Counted from the stretch's first letter, positions 11,963-25,232 are shown. The stretch is 64,000 nucleotides of DNA from Squalus acanthias (GCA_030390025.1 CM059432.1:135286001-135350000); one strand, 5' to 3'. Notes: generated by a model not told the origin, from the letters alone. Made by a program: numbers and translations.

Positions 11963-14133
11963 TAGAATCATAGAAATTTAAAGCACAGATGGAGGCCATT
12001 CGGGCCATCTTGTCCGTGCCGGCTGACAAAGAGCTAACCAGCCTAATCCCACTTTCCAGCTCTTGGTCCGTAGCCCTGTAGGTTAGGGCACTTCAAGTGC
12101 ATATCCAAGTTCTTTTGAAATGTGATGAGGGTTTCTGCCTCTACCACCCTTTCAGGCAGTGAGTTCCAGACCCCTACCACCCTCTGGGTGATAAAATTTC
12201 TCCTCAAATCCCCTCTAAACCTCCTACCAATTACTTTAAATCTGTGCCCCGATTATCGACCCCTCTGCAAAGGGAAATAGGTCCTTCCTATCCACTCTAT
12301 CTAGGCCCCTCATAATTTTATACACCTCAATTAGGTCTCCCCTCAACCTCCTCTGTTCCAAAGAAAACAACCCCAGCCTATCCAATCTTTCCTCACAGCT
12401 AAAATTTCCCAGCCCAGGCAACATCCTCGTAAATCTCCTCTGTACCCTCTCTAGTGCAATCACATCCTTCCTGTAATGTGGTGACCAGTGCTGCACGCAG
12501 TACTCTAGCTGTGGCCTAACTAGTGTTTTATACAGTTCAAGTATAACCTCCCTGCTCTTATATTCTATGCCTCAGTTAATAAAGGCAAGTATCCAGTATG
12601 CCTTCTTAACCACCTTATCTACCCGTCCTGCTATCTTCAGGGATCTGTGGATATGCACTCCAAGGTCCCTCTGATCCTCTGCACTTCTCAGTGTCCTACC
12701 ATTTATTGTGTATTCCCTTGCTGTTCGCCCTCCCCAAATGCAATACCTCACACTTCTCCGGATTGAATTCCATTTGTCACTTTTCTGCCCACCTGACCAG
12801 TCCATTGATATCTTCCTGCAGTCTGCAGCTTTCTTCTTCACTATCAACCACACGGCCAATTTTTGTATCATCTGCAAACCTCTTAATCATACTTCCTACA
12901 TTGAAGTCCAAATCATTGATATATACCACAAAAATGAAAAGGACCCAGTACTGAGCCCTGCGGAACCCCACTGGAAACAGCCTTCCAGTCACAAAAACAC
13001 CCTTCGACCAATTTGCCTCCGAGCCAATTTCGGATCCAACTTGCCACTTTGCCCTGGATCCCATGGGCTTTTACTTTCGTGATCAGTCTGCCATGCGGGA
13101 CCTTATCAAAAGCCTTGCTAAAATCCATATAGACTACATCAAACGCACTACCCTCATCGACCCTCCTCGTTACCTCCTCAAAAAATTCAATCAATTTAGT
13201 CAGACATGACCTTCCCTTAACAAATCCATGCTGACTGTTCCCGATTAATCCGTGTCTTTCTAAATGAAGATTTATCCTGTCCCTCAGAATTTTTTCCAAT
13301 ACTTTTCCCACCACCGAGGTTAGGCTGACTGGCCTGTAATTACTCGGTCTATCCCTTTCTCCCTTTTTAAACAATGGTACCACGTTAGCAGTCCTCCAGT
13401 CCTCCGGCACCACACCTGTAGCCAGAGAGGATTGGAAAATGATGGTCAGAGCCTCTGCTATTTCCTCTCTTATTTCTCTTAACAGTCTGGGATACATTTC
13501 ATCCGGGCCTGGGGATTTATAGACTTTCAAAGATGCTAAACCCCTTAATACGTCCTCTTTCACTATGCGTTTTTCATCTAATATTTCACATTCCTCCTCC
13601 CTGATTGCAATGTCTGCATCGTCCCTCTCTTTTGTAAGCAGACGCAAAGTATTCATTAAGAACCATACCCATGTCTTCCACCTCCGCACACAGGTTACCT
13701 TTATGGTCCCCAATAGGCCCTACTCTTACTTTAGTTATCCTCTTGCTCTTAATGTATTTATAAAACATTTTTGGGTTTTCCTTGATTTTACTTGCCAATA
13801 TTTTTTCATGCCCTCTCTTTGCTTTCCTAATTTCCTTTTTAATTTCACCCCTGCACTTTCTATACTCCTCTAGGGTTTCTGCAGTATTGAACCCTCCGTA
13901 TCTGTCATAAGCTTCCCTTTTTTCTTTATCCTTCCCTGTATGCCCCGTGGCATCCAGGGGGCTCTAGATTTGTTAGTCCCACCCTTTTTCTTTAAGGGAA
14001 TATACTTACTCTGAACCCTCACCCTCTTCTCCTTGAATGCCTCCCACTGCTCTGACACTGATTTACCTTCAAGTTTCTGTCTCCAGTCCACTTTGGCTAA
14101 ATCACATCTCAGCTTCGGAAAATTAGCTTCTCC
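11963..14133 (-). mobile_element. CR1 LINE, ~2.2 kb decayed ORF2 (reverse transcriptase)
   Basis: KSPGPD, NYRPVSLTSVVGK, QHGFVKGRSC, DFSKAFDKVPH, GVPQGSVLGP and FADD motifs across frameshifted ORFs. Confidence 0.93.
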
Positions 14134-15904
14134 CCAGGGAGGCAATTCCAGAGCCACAAATTGGTTTTGGGGATTTCCCAAATTCTTAATCTTAGTCATG
14201 CTATCTACGAGAGTTACAGAACAGAGCCAGCTATTGAAAGGAGGGAAAAAATATATATTCGGGAGTTGCCACCGCATCTTCTCGGGCACCTTCCACACAG
14301 CCAGTCTTTTCTTCCTCGTACGATCTTTAGGGTTTTAAAACCAAGCTTGGCCTCATAACTTAGTCATTTACCCCGTCTTCTCTCCAACCGTTTCCAACCT
14401 TGGCGATAGCCATGGTTTTCCAATTAAAAATCAACAGCTGCATTAGAAGCAGCCTGGGGCAAGTTGCCCCTCTGTGGCCCTGATGAATTATGCAGGATGT
14501 GGATAGCTGTAAAAGTGATTTAAATAAAATCAGTTTTGCTGCAGGGGGGGGTGAGATTAAGACTAGTTTATTGGCATTTGCTGAAGGCGGGCGATAATGT
14601 GGCATTGAAGTGAAAAGGACAACCTCAGATAGTAGTCTTGGCATCTGAAACTTCGACCATCCACAAAGCAGCAAGCACAGCGCACTTAATTCATTACATA
14701 GCAACACAGATTATTTCTGATTGATTACAGATATCCGAGTAGAAATAACAAGAAACACCATCAATTTATTTATTTGAAACCAAATAACTATTTTCGGATG
14801 GTAGGGTTGAGAGAAGTTAGAAAAATTTCCTCAAAGTAACATTAATAAATAAAAGACTTGCATTTCTATAGCGCCTTTAACAACCGGGGTACGTCCCAAA
14901 GCACTTTACAGCCAATGAAGTACTTTTTGAAGTGTAGTCACTGTTGTAATGTAGGGAAACCAAATATTCCTTCATATCTCTTTCACACCTAGCTGATGCA
15001 TGTCAATATTCCAATGATAATTGGACACTTGGCACTAATGTGCCACTCTCTGCCAAAGCAGCTGTCGGTCTGTTTCAGTAGCATGACTATTCCAATACCT
15101 TAAGGATGGTGGGAAGCTGCATGTTGTAGTCAGTTCTATGCAAGTACCGAATCAGTGAATCATTTTAAATGAACCTCAATTAATTTTCTGTTTTCACCTT
15201 TTGTATCAACTCAATCATTTTAGCAGTAAAATAATCTTTTTTGTTACTGAACGGTGGGAGGTAGGATCCATTCTTAACTCCTTTGAGTCCTTCATCTCAA
15301 GCTGCACAGCTGTGGGGAGACAGCAGACGTGAACTGAGATCTCCAAGTACCACCCGATGGAGGAGATGGGAAATTTAGAAGGAGGGAGCCATCCTCAGGC
15401 CACTCTTACATAACTCTCAGAGCAGGACTGTCAGAGGGCTGGAAACAGGTCAGTTATTCACCATTTCAGCTGCAGGCCACACACTTTCTGGAGATTGGAG
15501 GGAAGAAAAAAAAAACCAAAATGAGCAGGCCATCAAGGCGTCAAAAAAAAAACTCATTATTATTTATCCAGATTCAGCTTCACTGGGTTTGCAACTCAAA
15601 TGACATAAGTCACTGCCTGTAAAATGTGAAATGTTTAAAATACAGTTAGTGATCAAAACTGGCATTCTGTGCAAGGTTAGAATTTAATAGGCCCTCGAGG
15701 CTGAATGCTTGTAGGTTACATTAGCAAGAACCAACACTCTCAAAATCTACAATGTCTTCAATGTTTTATAAACTGGTTTCAATAACTTTGAATATTGTCA
15801 CTGTTCCTAACAAAAACTCAATTGGATTCTTGAAGGTGTCACAGGAGAAATCAGAGCCGAGAACAAATATTTATTACAAAGGTTTGAAATCCAGCAGGCT
15901 CAGG

Positions 15905-16300
15905 AAAGAAATGAAAGAATTGCATTTATATAGCACCGTTCACATCTTCAAGCTACCCAAAGCACTTTAGAACCAATGGATTTCTTTGGAAATGCAGTTA
16001 CTGTTGTATCCAATTTACTCACAAGGTCCCAGAAACAGCAAATGAGTGAATTTTTTTTTCAGGGGTGTTGGTTGAGGGACGAATGTTGGCCAGGCGACTG
16101 GAAGAAGTCCCTGCTCTTCTTTGAATAGTGCCATTGAGATCTTTTATGTCCACCTGAACAAGCAGGCAGGCAAGACCACAGTTTAGTATCACATTCAAAA
16201 GATGGCGCCTCTGACAATGCAGCACTTGCTCAGTGCCGTACTGAAGCATCAGCCAAGATCATACATTCAAGTTTGAACCCACAACCTTCTGACGCAGAAG
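15905..16300 (-). mobile_element. Deu-domain SINE (SacSINE1/AmnSINE1-like), degenerate
   Basis: Similar to 34827-35140 and 43075-43410 (atagtgccat...cttttatgtccacctga); a shorter piece lies at ~14850-14960. Confidence 0.7.
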
Positions 16301-16422
16301 CAAGGTTGCCAGCAACTCACTGGTGCTCATACTTTCACATAAAGTTTGTTCCCTTTCAGAGTGATTTGTGCATTTTTTCCTTCTGATTTTTCTCTCCCCG
16401 TCCCTCCTCTGCTAAAGGTAAT

Positions 16423-17158
16423 GGGCCGTATTTTCCGATCCCTACGGGTGGGTACGGGCTGTGTACACACCCGTGGGGAAATCGGAAATGCCGGTTTCAG
16501 GCATGCCAAGTGCATGCGCTGAAAACCGGCATTTCCAATCTGTCAAGAATGCTTGACAGATCAGACGCCTGCCCTGGAGAAGGGCCTCTGCGGGGGGAGA
16601 GTTCCGCTTTCTGGAGAACCTCCGCCCGCAGAAAACCCTTAGAAATCTTACGCCTGGTAAAAGCAGGCGTAGGGACTGCTTTTACCAGCATAAGATTTGA
16701 AAAAAATAAAAAAAAATTATCATTTAAAAATACTTTTTAAAAAGTTTATTTTTAGCCCCGTAAAAAACTTTAATTATTTTTTGCAAAAAATTAAATTTTT
16801 GTTTAAAATATTTAATTTATTGTAATTTCAACTAATTTTTAAAATGTGATTTAAAAAATAATTATTTAATGTTTTACTATGTTTTTGGGGTGATCTCCAT
16901 TCATATATTTGACAGGTCTATCTGTCAAGTGTATGCAGGGAGATTCCCTTCTTTGATTGGCTCCCCATGGCCCACGTGATCCCAGGGACGCTGGCGAACC
17001 GCATGCGCCTCTGGGATACGTGGGCCCTGTGCATTTCGAGTTGGAGAGGCCCAGGAGCGGAAGTGTCCAGACCTCGGGAGCCCTCAGGCAAGGGTGTAGA
17101 TTTTTTCCAGATCGGAGGCCTCCGCACGCGGGAAGCCTCCAATCGGAAAATACCGCCC
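16423..17158. mobile_element. MITE, PIF/Harbinger-like (family H2) with AT-rich core
   Basis: 17-bp TIRs gggccgtattttccgat / atcggaaaataccgccc (16/17 match); AAT TSD at 16420-22 and 17159-61. Confidence 0.85.
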
Positions 17159-17689
17159 AATGTGTTATGTTGGGAATATGTTTCCACACACAGTGATTGC
17201 TCTCCAGTATCTTACCCAAGTGGTCAAACTTCCCGGGGTAATATTTCCAGTCCTGGTCTGTGATGAGTTACGTGGCGCACAGTGAGTGAGGCAGGGTTTC
17301 CGATGTTCAGGAGAACAGCAAGACAAAAGAATTGTCACCATGTATCTCACCCTATTAAAATACCTTTCTTGCCAGTTATCACGGTGGCACTGACATCAGT
17401 CTTGAAAATGCCCAAAAGGCCCACCAACCTCCCTCAAAAGTGTGGGAATCTCCAGTTTTAAATAAAAGGGTTCCTACGGTCCAGTTTAAATTAAAAAAAA
17501 TTCTGAGGACTCTTGTAGCTCAGAGATGGTCTAAAGATCTTAAGGAAACTTATGGCTTGAAATGGTACTGGTGGATACTGGAGAGGTGCTTTAATTCGAG
17601 AGAGCGATAGATTAAAGTAGAGCAAAGCCAAAGAGGAAGAGTAATCTACTCGGAATGAAGCAAGAACCAGTAAGCGAATAGTAGGAACA

Positions 17690-18630
17690 TTGGAGATCCA
17701 AAGAGATTTAGGGATCCATGCACACAGATCACTAGAATGTAGTAGTCAGGCGCCGAACACCTCGAGTCTCTTCGCCGGGAGCAAGCGGAAGCCAAGCGCA
17801 AACAGCGGAAGGAGCGCACGTCAACCCAAGCACCCCACCCACCACCGTCTGCCCCACCTGTGACAGAGACTGTAGGTCCAGCATCGGACTCATCAGTCAC
17901 CTGAGAACTCCTCTTTAGTGTGGAAGCAAGTCATCCTTGGTTTCGAGGGACTGCCTAAGTAGTAGTAGTCAGGTACAAAAAATAATCAAAAAGGGCTAAT
18001 GGAATGTTAGCCTTGAAAACTAGAGGGCTAGAATATAAAGGGGAGGAAGTTTTGCTACAGCTATACAAAGCCCTGGTTAGACCACATCTGGAGTACTGTG
18101 TACTGTTCTGGGCACCGTACCTTAGAAAGGATACACTGGCCTTGCAAGGGGTGCAGCGCAGATTCACCAGAATGTTACCAGGACTCCAAGGGTTAGATTA
18201 TGAGGAGAGATTACATAGACTAGGCTGGTATTCCCTGGAATATAAAAGGTTAAGAGGTGATTTGATTGAGGTTTTTAGGATTTTGAAAGGAATTGATAGG
18301 GTAGATAGAGAGAAACTTTTTCTGCTGGTGGGGGAGTCTAGGACAAGGGGACGTAACCTTAAAATCAGAGCCAGGCCATTCAGGAGAGAAGTTAGGAAAC
18401 ACTTCTTCACGTAAAGGATGGTAGAAGTGTGGAACTCTCTCCCACAAAAAGCAGTAGATGCCAGCTCAATTAATCATTTTAATATCGATAGATTTTTGCT
18501 AGACATGGGTATAAAAGGATATGGAACCAAGGCAGGTGGATGGAGTTAAGATACAGATCATCCATGATCTCACTGAATGGCAGAACAGGCTCGAGGGGCT
18601 GAATGGCCTGCTCCTGTTCCTATGTTCCTA
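17690..18630 (+). mobile_element. CR1 LINE 3' fragment interrupted by an RTE insertion
   Basis: LYKALVRPHLEYCVLFWAPYLRKD...GVQRRFTRM motif. Confidence 0.9.
17751..17961 (+). mobile_element. RTE-clade LINE 3' end
   Basis: C-terminal zinc finger CPTCDRDCRSSIGLISHLRT; 3' end shared with 41662-41724; 12-bp TSD gtagtagtcagg at 17739-50 and 17962-73. Confidence 0.85.
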
Positions 18631-18944
18631 AATTAAGACATCTCTGGAAGAAATTGCATTTCTAGTCACAAGCTTGCTTCAGGCCTGTTTTCGCTGTAAA
18701 TTCCTGTATGACCAGAATTCTTTTTGATCCTAAATTTCATGCTCAGTTTGAAACAGGTGACTACACAGGCAGGGTTTGCCTGCACTTTTAGATCAAACTT
18801 CATACAGATGGCACAGGATCTAGTCAATAGTTAGACCTAACTGCATTTTTTTTTTACTATGAGAAGTGGGTCTTTAAATTTCCACAATTAAACAATGTGC
18901 ACAATGAGCATTCGGCCACTATTAAACCCATAGCTGACAATGGT

Positions 18945-19569
18945 GGCCTGTAATTTCCGATTGGAGGCTTCCTGCGTGCGGATGCCTCCTATCAGGAAAA
19001 AATCTACGCCCTTACCTGAGGGCTCCCGAGGTCCGGACTCTTCCGTTCCTGGGCCTCTCCTGGTCCGCGCGCGCAGAGGCCCAGGTGGTTCGCAAGCGTC
19101 CCTGGGACAGGTAGACCTATCAAAAGTATGAATGGGGGAATCACTGAAAAAAGACATCAAAACATTAAATACATTTTAAAAAACCATCACATTTTTAAAA
19201 TGTTAAAATTACATTAAATTAAATATTTTAAACATAAATGTAATTTTTTGAAAAAAATAAAGTTTTTTACAGGGCTAAAAATAAACTTATTTTTTAAAAA
19301 GTATTTTAAAATTATAAATGAGCGAAAAATTTATTTTTTCAAAAAACTTTTTAAAACTCTTATGCTGGTAAAAGCAGGCGTAAGGCGGTCAGAGGTGCTG
19401 CAGAAAGCGGAACTCTCCACCCGCGGAGGCCCTTCTCCAGGGCAGGTGTGCGATCGGAAGTGCCGGTTTTCAGCGCATACACTTCGCATGCCTGAAACCG
19501 GCACTTGCGAGGTCCCTCCGGGTGTGTACGCACCTCGTACCCACCCGTAGGGATCGGAATATCCGGGCC
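18945..19569. mobile_element. MITE family H2, inverted relative to 16423-17158
   Basis: End-to-end reverse-complement similarity; TIRs ggcctgtaatttccgat / atcggaatatccgggcc; TSD not clear. Confidence 0.8.
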
Positions 19570-20372
19570 AACCGTTCACACTTGGAATTGAAGCTCAAAA
19601 GAACCTGCAGGCCACAGATATTGTTCTTCAGGCTGGACCTTAACCAGGAAACCTTGATCCTAGAAGACCTGTTGTCCTTTAGGCTGTTATGGTGGATTTG
19701 AGTAAGTGACCATTGCACAATGCCCGTCTTCAAAATGCTTGTTTTATGATGTTATTTCCAGATAATTTTTAGTTGGTAAAGTGATAAACTGAAATAAATT
19801 CATTGCTTTCTATAATTTTTTTGTATGTTCAAGGTGAGGGATATTTGTACTTTTAAATGGAACACTTTGCATTTCGGGCACTTAGTACCAGCATTAATAC
19901 TCTGAAGTCCGGTTAAGCATAGTTAACTACAAAGTAAAGTTCCTTCTACTCTCACCCCAACCATTTCCCACGCTAGTCATTTAATGACATTTTCAATTGA
20001 TTGCCAAATTAAGGGACATATTCCTCCCATAATGTTCATGGGGATCCTCCTGCTCTCCCACCATAACTTTGGCGGAAATCCCGGAGAAATGGGCATGTGG
20101 CTATTTATGACATTTCTCCATTATTTACACACATCTTCCGCCGAAGTTACAGACTGGGGAACCCCCGCGGAAATTACTACCTCTCCGTAGCAATGGCTTC
20201 TGGAACTGGGAATCCTACTAGAACTGGGTTGAAATGACCAAAATTAATTTCGCATCAGATCCTTGCAGTCAAAGGGGAATTTCATCCCATCAACTTGGGT
20301 TGAACTGGAACCAAAGTCCTAGGAGTGAATGGCCAGTGTCCAGTTCACTGCACCACCTAGTTACTCCCACCT

Positions 20373-20701
20373 GGGACCTATTTCCCTTAGCAGAGGGGTC
20401 AACAACCAGGGGGCATAGATTTAAAGTAATTGCTAGGAGGTTTAGAGGGGATTTGAGGGGAAATTTCTTCACCCAGAGGTTGGTTGGGGTCTGGAACTCA
20501 CTGCCTGAAAGGGTGGTAGAGGCAGAAACCTTCATCACATTTAAAAAGTGCTTGGATGTGCACTTGAAGTGCCGTAACCTACAGGGCTACGGACCAAGAG
20601 CTGGAAAGTGGGATTAGGCTGGATAGCTCTTTGTCGGCCGGCGCAGACACGATGGGCCGAAATGGCCTCCTTCCATGCTGTAAATTTCGATAATTCTATG
20701 A
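20373..20701 (+). mobile_element. CR1 LINE 3' fragment
   Basis: DLFPLAEGSTTRGHRFK...FFTQRLVGVWNSLP motif plus CR1 tail. Confidence 0.9.
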
Positions 20702-21845
20702 CCTGTTTTGAATAATTATTAATGAACTCGGGAACATATAAACCAGGGTTAACATGAACGGTTTATTCTTATGATTTTAGATACCAGATTATCACAGTAA
20801 CCATTTGTTATTTGAGATGGAATGAATATTTTGTCATTCCTTTTCTCCTATTAGGTTTATAGATATATCTAGGGCTTGTCAGTGGTTAACCGGGGTGGAA
20901 ACTGACTGAATCCTATAAAGGGAGAGGCAAAATCCAAAAGGAGTGGGAGAAAAACTCTAAGTTCTGCTTCAACCTACAAAACAAATGGATTAACCAGCCT
21001 TTTGAGGCTTGTTCTAGCCACAATTGATTAAGTCTCCAATAATGCGAACACAGTGAAGGCTTTAGTGAGTACTTTATTCAGGAACAATTGTATTTCTAAA
21101 CTATATATTGTAATTTGGTCAATATTCTCTAATAGCAAGCACCATGTCTTTTATGATGTTATAAGTCACTACCAGAGCACATCTGTTTTTAGTGAAGTTT
21201 CAGTATTTTAGTGCTACAGTTTACCACTTTTGTTTTATAAGGTTAACCATAAACATAAACCTTAATTTTATTTAAACTTATAACTTAAATATATTTAAAA
21301 CATCATTTTCAAAACAAAACACCACCAAACCCTTCAATCATCATTGTTCGTACAAGGGCCGTTTTACTGCTGACCCGTCACCAGAATCTATGCCGATACA
21401 TTTTACATCGATTTGGAACCTAGACTTTACAGACCTTTGGGAAATGAATTACAGTCCAATGACTACAGTCTACATCTGATCAGCAATTCTCCCTACAGGC
21501 CTTTTGAAAATGTACCCACAATTTGATGCTTTGGCTGTAAAACCTACAAGTTGATTTAAACTACATCATAAATTTCAGGGCTCAACTGTTAAGCAGGACA
21601 ATATACAACATTGCAGGGTAAATGTAGAATGCTAAAAAGAAATGTAAGCAAAAAAAAAAATGAATGTAATGGTGGTCCTAATAATTTACCTGTTGTTGCC
21701 GTTTGCATATCATCACACTCTTCCCTTGGAGAGAATAGTGTGGAGTGGAATAATTCGCAGGCTGATTAACAATAGCCAAAACCATCTTTATACCAGTCGA
21801 TTGGATGGTTAGTCCAAAACGGCGGGGAGTGTTTTATTTTTTTTA

Positions 21846-23737
21846 ATTATTCGTTCATGGGATGTGGGCGTCGCTGGCAAGGCCAGCATTTATTGCCCAC
21901 CCCTAATTGCCCTTGAGAAGGTGGTGGTGAGCCGCCTTCTTGAACCGCTGCAGTCCGTGTGGTGAAGGTACTCCCACACAGTGCTGTTATGGAGGGAGTT
22001 CCAGGATTTTGACCCAGCAATGATGAAGGAACGGCAATATACTTCCAAGTCAGGATGGTGTGTGACTTGGAGGGGAACTTGGAGGTGGTGGTGTTCCCAT
22101 GCGCCTGCTGCCCTTGTCCTTCAAGGTGGTAGAGGTCGCGGGTTTGGGAGGTGCTGCCGAAGAAGCCTTGGCGAGTTGCTGCAGTGCATCTTGTAGATGG
22201 TACACACTGCAGTCATGGTATGCCGGTGGTGGAGGGAGTGAATGTTTAAGGTGATGGATGGGGTGCCAATCAAACGGGCTTTGTCTTGGATGGTGTCGAG
22301 CTTCTTGAGTGTTGTTGGAGCTGCACTCATCCAGGCAAGTGGAGAGTATTCCATCACACTCTTGACTTGTACCTTGTAGATGGTGGAAAGGCTTTCGGGA
22401 GTCAGGAAGGGAGACACTCGCCGCAGAATACCTAGCCTCTGACCTGCTCTTGTTGCCACAGTATTTATGTGGCTGGTCCAGTTAAGTTTCTGGTCAATGG
22501 TGACCCCCAGGATGTTGATGGTGGGGGATTCGGCGATGGTAATGTCGTTGAATGTCAAGGGTCGGTGGTTAGACGCTCGCTTGTTGGAGATAGTCATTGC
22601 CTGGCACTTGTGTGGCGCGAATGCTACCTGCCACTTATCAGCCCAAGCCTGAATGTTGTCCAGGTCTTGCTGCATGCGGGCATGGACTGCTTCATTATCT
22701 GAGGAGTTGCGAATGGCACTGAACACTGTGCAGTCATCAGCGAACATCCCCACTTCTGACCTTGTGATGGAGGGAAGGTCATTGATGAAGCAGCTGAAGA
22801 TGGTTGGGCCTAGGACACTGCCCTGAGGCACTCCTGCAGCGATGTCCTGGGGCTGTGATGATTGACCTCCAACCACCACAACCATCTTCCTTTGTGTTCG
22901 GTATGACTCCAGCCAGTGGAGAGTTTCCCACCCAATTCCCATTGACTTAAGTTTTACGAGGGCTCCTTGATGCCACACTCGGTCAACTGCTGCCTTGATG
23001 TCAAGGGCAGTCACTCTCACCTCACCTCTGGAATTCAGCTCCTTTGTCCATGTTTGGACCAAGGCTGTAATGAGGTCTGGAGCAGAGTGGTCCTGGCAGA
23101 ACCCAAACTGGGCATCAGTGAGCAGGTTATTGGTGAGTAAGTGCTGCTTGATAGCAGTGTCGACCGACACCTTCATGACTTTGCTGATGATTGAGAGTAG
23201 ACTGATGGGGCGGTAATTGGCCTGGATTGAATTTGTCCTGGTTTTTGTGGACAGGACATACCTGGGCAGTTTTCCACATTGTCAGATAGATGCCAGTGTT
23301 ATAGCTGTACTGGAACAGCTTGGCTAGAGGCGCGGATAGTTCTGGAGCACAAGTCTTCAGCACGACAGCCGGGATGTTGTCGGCGCCCATAGCCTTTGCT
23401 GTATCCAGTGTGCTCAGCCGTTTCTTGATATCACGTGGAGTGAATCGAATTGGCTGAAGACTGGTTTCTGTGGTGGTGGGACCTTAGGAGGAGGCTGATG
23501 TGGATCATCCACTGGGCACTTCTGGCTGAAGATGGTTGCAAATGCTTCAGCTTTGTCTTTTGCACTCACGTGCTGGGCTCCACCATCATTGAGGATGGGG
23601 ATATTCATGGAGCCTCCTCCTCTCGTTAGTTGTTTAATGGTCCACCACCATTCACGACTGGATGTGGCAGGACTGCAGAGCTTTGATTTGATCAGTTGAT
23701 TGTGGGATCGCTTAGCTCTGTTTATAGCATGCTGCTT
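21846..23737 (-). mobile_element. Non-LTR retrotransposon (CR1/L2 group), ~1.9 kb with RT domain
   Basis: 351-aa ORF with QFGF, LDIKAAVDRVWH, GVPQGSVLGP and MFADD; frameshifted upstream. Confidence 0.9.
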
Positions 23738-24360
23738 CAGCACCTCACAGCTGGGATGTGGTTGAAGTAAACCTGATGATTTGCGGTAGGACATCTGTAG
23801 ATAGTGTGTACTGTAGCCACAGTGCAGCGGTCGTGTAGGGAGTGGATATTGGGTTCAGTGGCGGGGCACCGATGGAGCGAACTGCTTTTTGCTGGCAAAC
23901 GCTGAGCTTCTTGAGCCTTGTTGGGGCTGCATCCATCTCGGTAAAAAGTCAACATTCCATCATTCTCCTCATTTGAGCCTTGTAGATGATGGAGAGAGAT
24001 CAAGTGGTCAGGAGGTGAGCCACTTCTCCGCATATCCAGACTCTGCTTTGCTCTTGCAGCCATGGTGTTGCTATGGCTGGCCCAGTTAAGCTTCTGGTTA
24101 CTGATGACCCCCATGATCTTGCTGGTGGATGACCAGATTGGGGTGCTGTTGAAGAGCACGGAGAGATGGTTGGGCCTTTTCTCGTTCGATATGGTCATTG
24201 TCTGGCATTTTATGTGGTGAAAATTTTTTAACTGCCACTTGTCATCCCAAGCCTGGATGTTGTCTGGATCCTGCTCCATCACTGTTGAAGTTGTGAATGG
24301 AGCTGAACATTGTAGAATTGCCAAATAGCACCACGCCTGAGCTTATGAGAGGGAAGGTCA
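23738..24360 (-). mobile_element. Older, degenerate copy of the same LINE family
   Basis: QDPDNIQAWDDKWQ...CQTMTISN...QKLNWASH parallels the 22121-23176 ORF. Confidence 0.8.
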
Positions 24361-24569
24361 AAATCTACTATCCAGCAGAAGACAGCCAACTTAAGTATCT
24401 ATGCAGAAAACTTTGTGGGGGGGGGGGGGGGGGGTGGAATAAACAATAAAAGTAACACATTTGCAATGTGAATAATCCAACTGAAAGTACTGAACCAGTA
24501 TTATTATGGCTCCATATGGGTTTATAAAAATGGGGTGTTTAAAAGAGGATAAATGATTGGAGGCATGGA

Positions 24570-24945
24570 TTAGTCAGTTTATTTAGCTAGTAAATGTGCT
24601 GTAAACTGAGGAAGGTTCCAGGTTTGTGCTGAATTAGATGGTTTTTAGCTGGGCAGCAGTAGAGATGCTACAATTCACTTGTGCTTCTGGGTTAGGGAGG
24701 GAAAAGTTGACCTGGGCGCCTGCTCTTGACTTTTATCCAGGAACACCCCTCCCCCTCTTCTAAAGCGTGGACGTCAGGCAAGGACAAGCTCGGGTTTAGC
24801 TGTGATGGTTGCCTCCCTCCACCATAATTAGTCTATTGATAAGCTCACATGAATAATGGCCACTTGAGCAAAGTGCTGGAGAACTCCTGGATATAGCAAA
24901 GGACTCAACACCTTCAGGAGAAAGGTGGATGGAGGGAAAATGGGA
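24570..24945 (+). mobile_element. Ancient SINE-like repeat (resembles AmnSINE2/UCON3 as recalled)
   Basis: tgtgctgaattag...gggttagggaggg...gctgtgatg...gctcacatgaataatggccacttg; a second copy at ~36350-37215 is split by an L2. Confidence 0.5.
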
Positions 24946-24999
24946 AACACAAGTGCTGGAGATGCAATACAGACAATGCAGATTTGTTGCATGTAATTT

Positions 25000-25232
25000 G
25001 GCAATATCCTGCCTTCCACCCTATCACAGACCTTCCTTTTTGTTCTACACTCCCTCTCCCCGCCTCTGTACTTGCTGAAAACCTGTTATATCTCCAACTT
25101 TTTTCAGTTCTGACGAAATGTCATTGACCTGAAACGTTAACTGTTTCTCTCTCCATAGATGCTGCCTGACCTGCTGAGTATTTCCAGTTTTTATTTCAGA
25201 TTTCCAGCAACCGCAGTATTTTGCTTTTGTAT
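25000..25232 (+). mobile_element. PLE family B 3' fragment
   Basis: Paralogous to 56650-56895 and 52966-53091; contains a hammerhead. Confidence 0.75.
25105..25143 (+). ncRNA. Minimal hammerhead ribozyme motif (family B)
   Basis: CAGTT-CTGACGA-A-atgtc-att-gacct-GAAA-CG-TT-AACTG: 5-bp stem I, intact core, ACGU palindrome, one mismatch in stem II. Confidence 0.78.
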
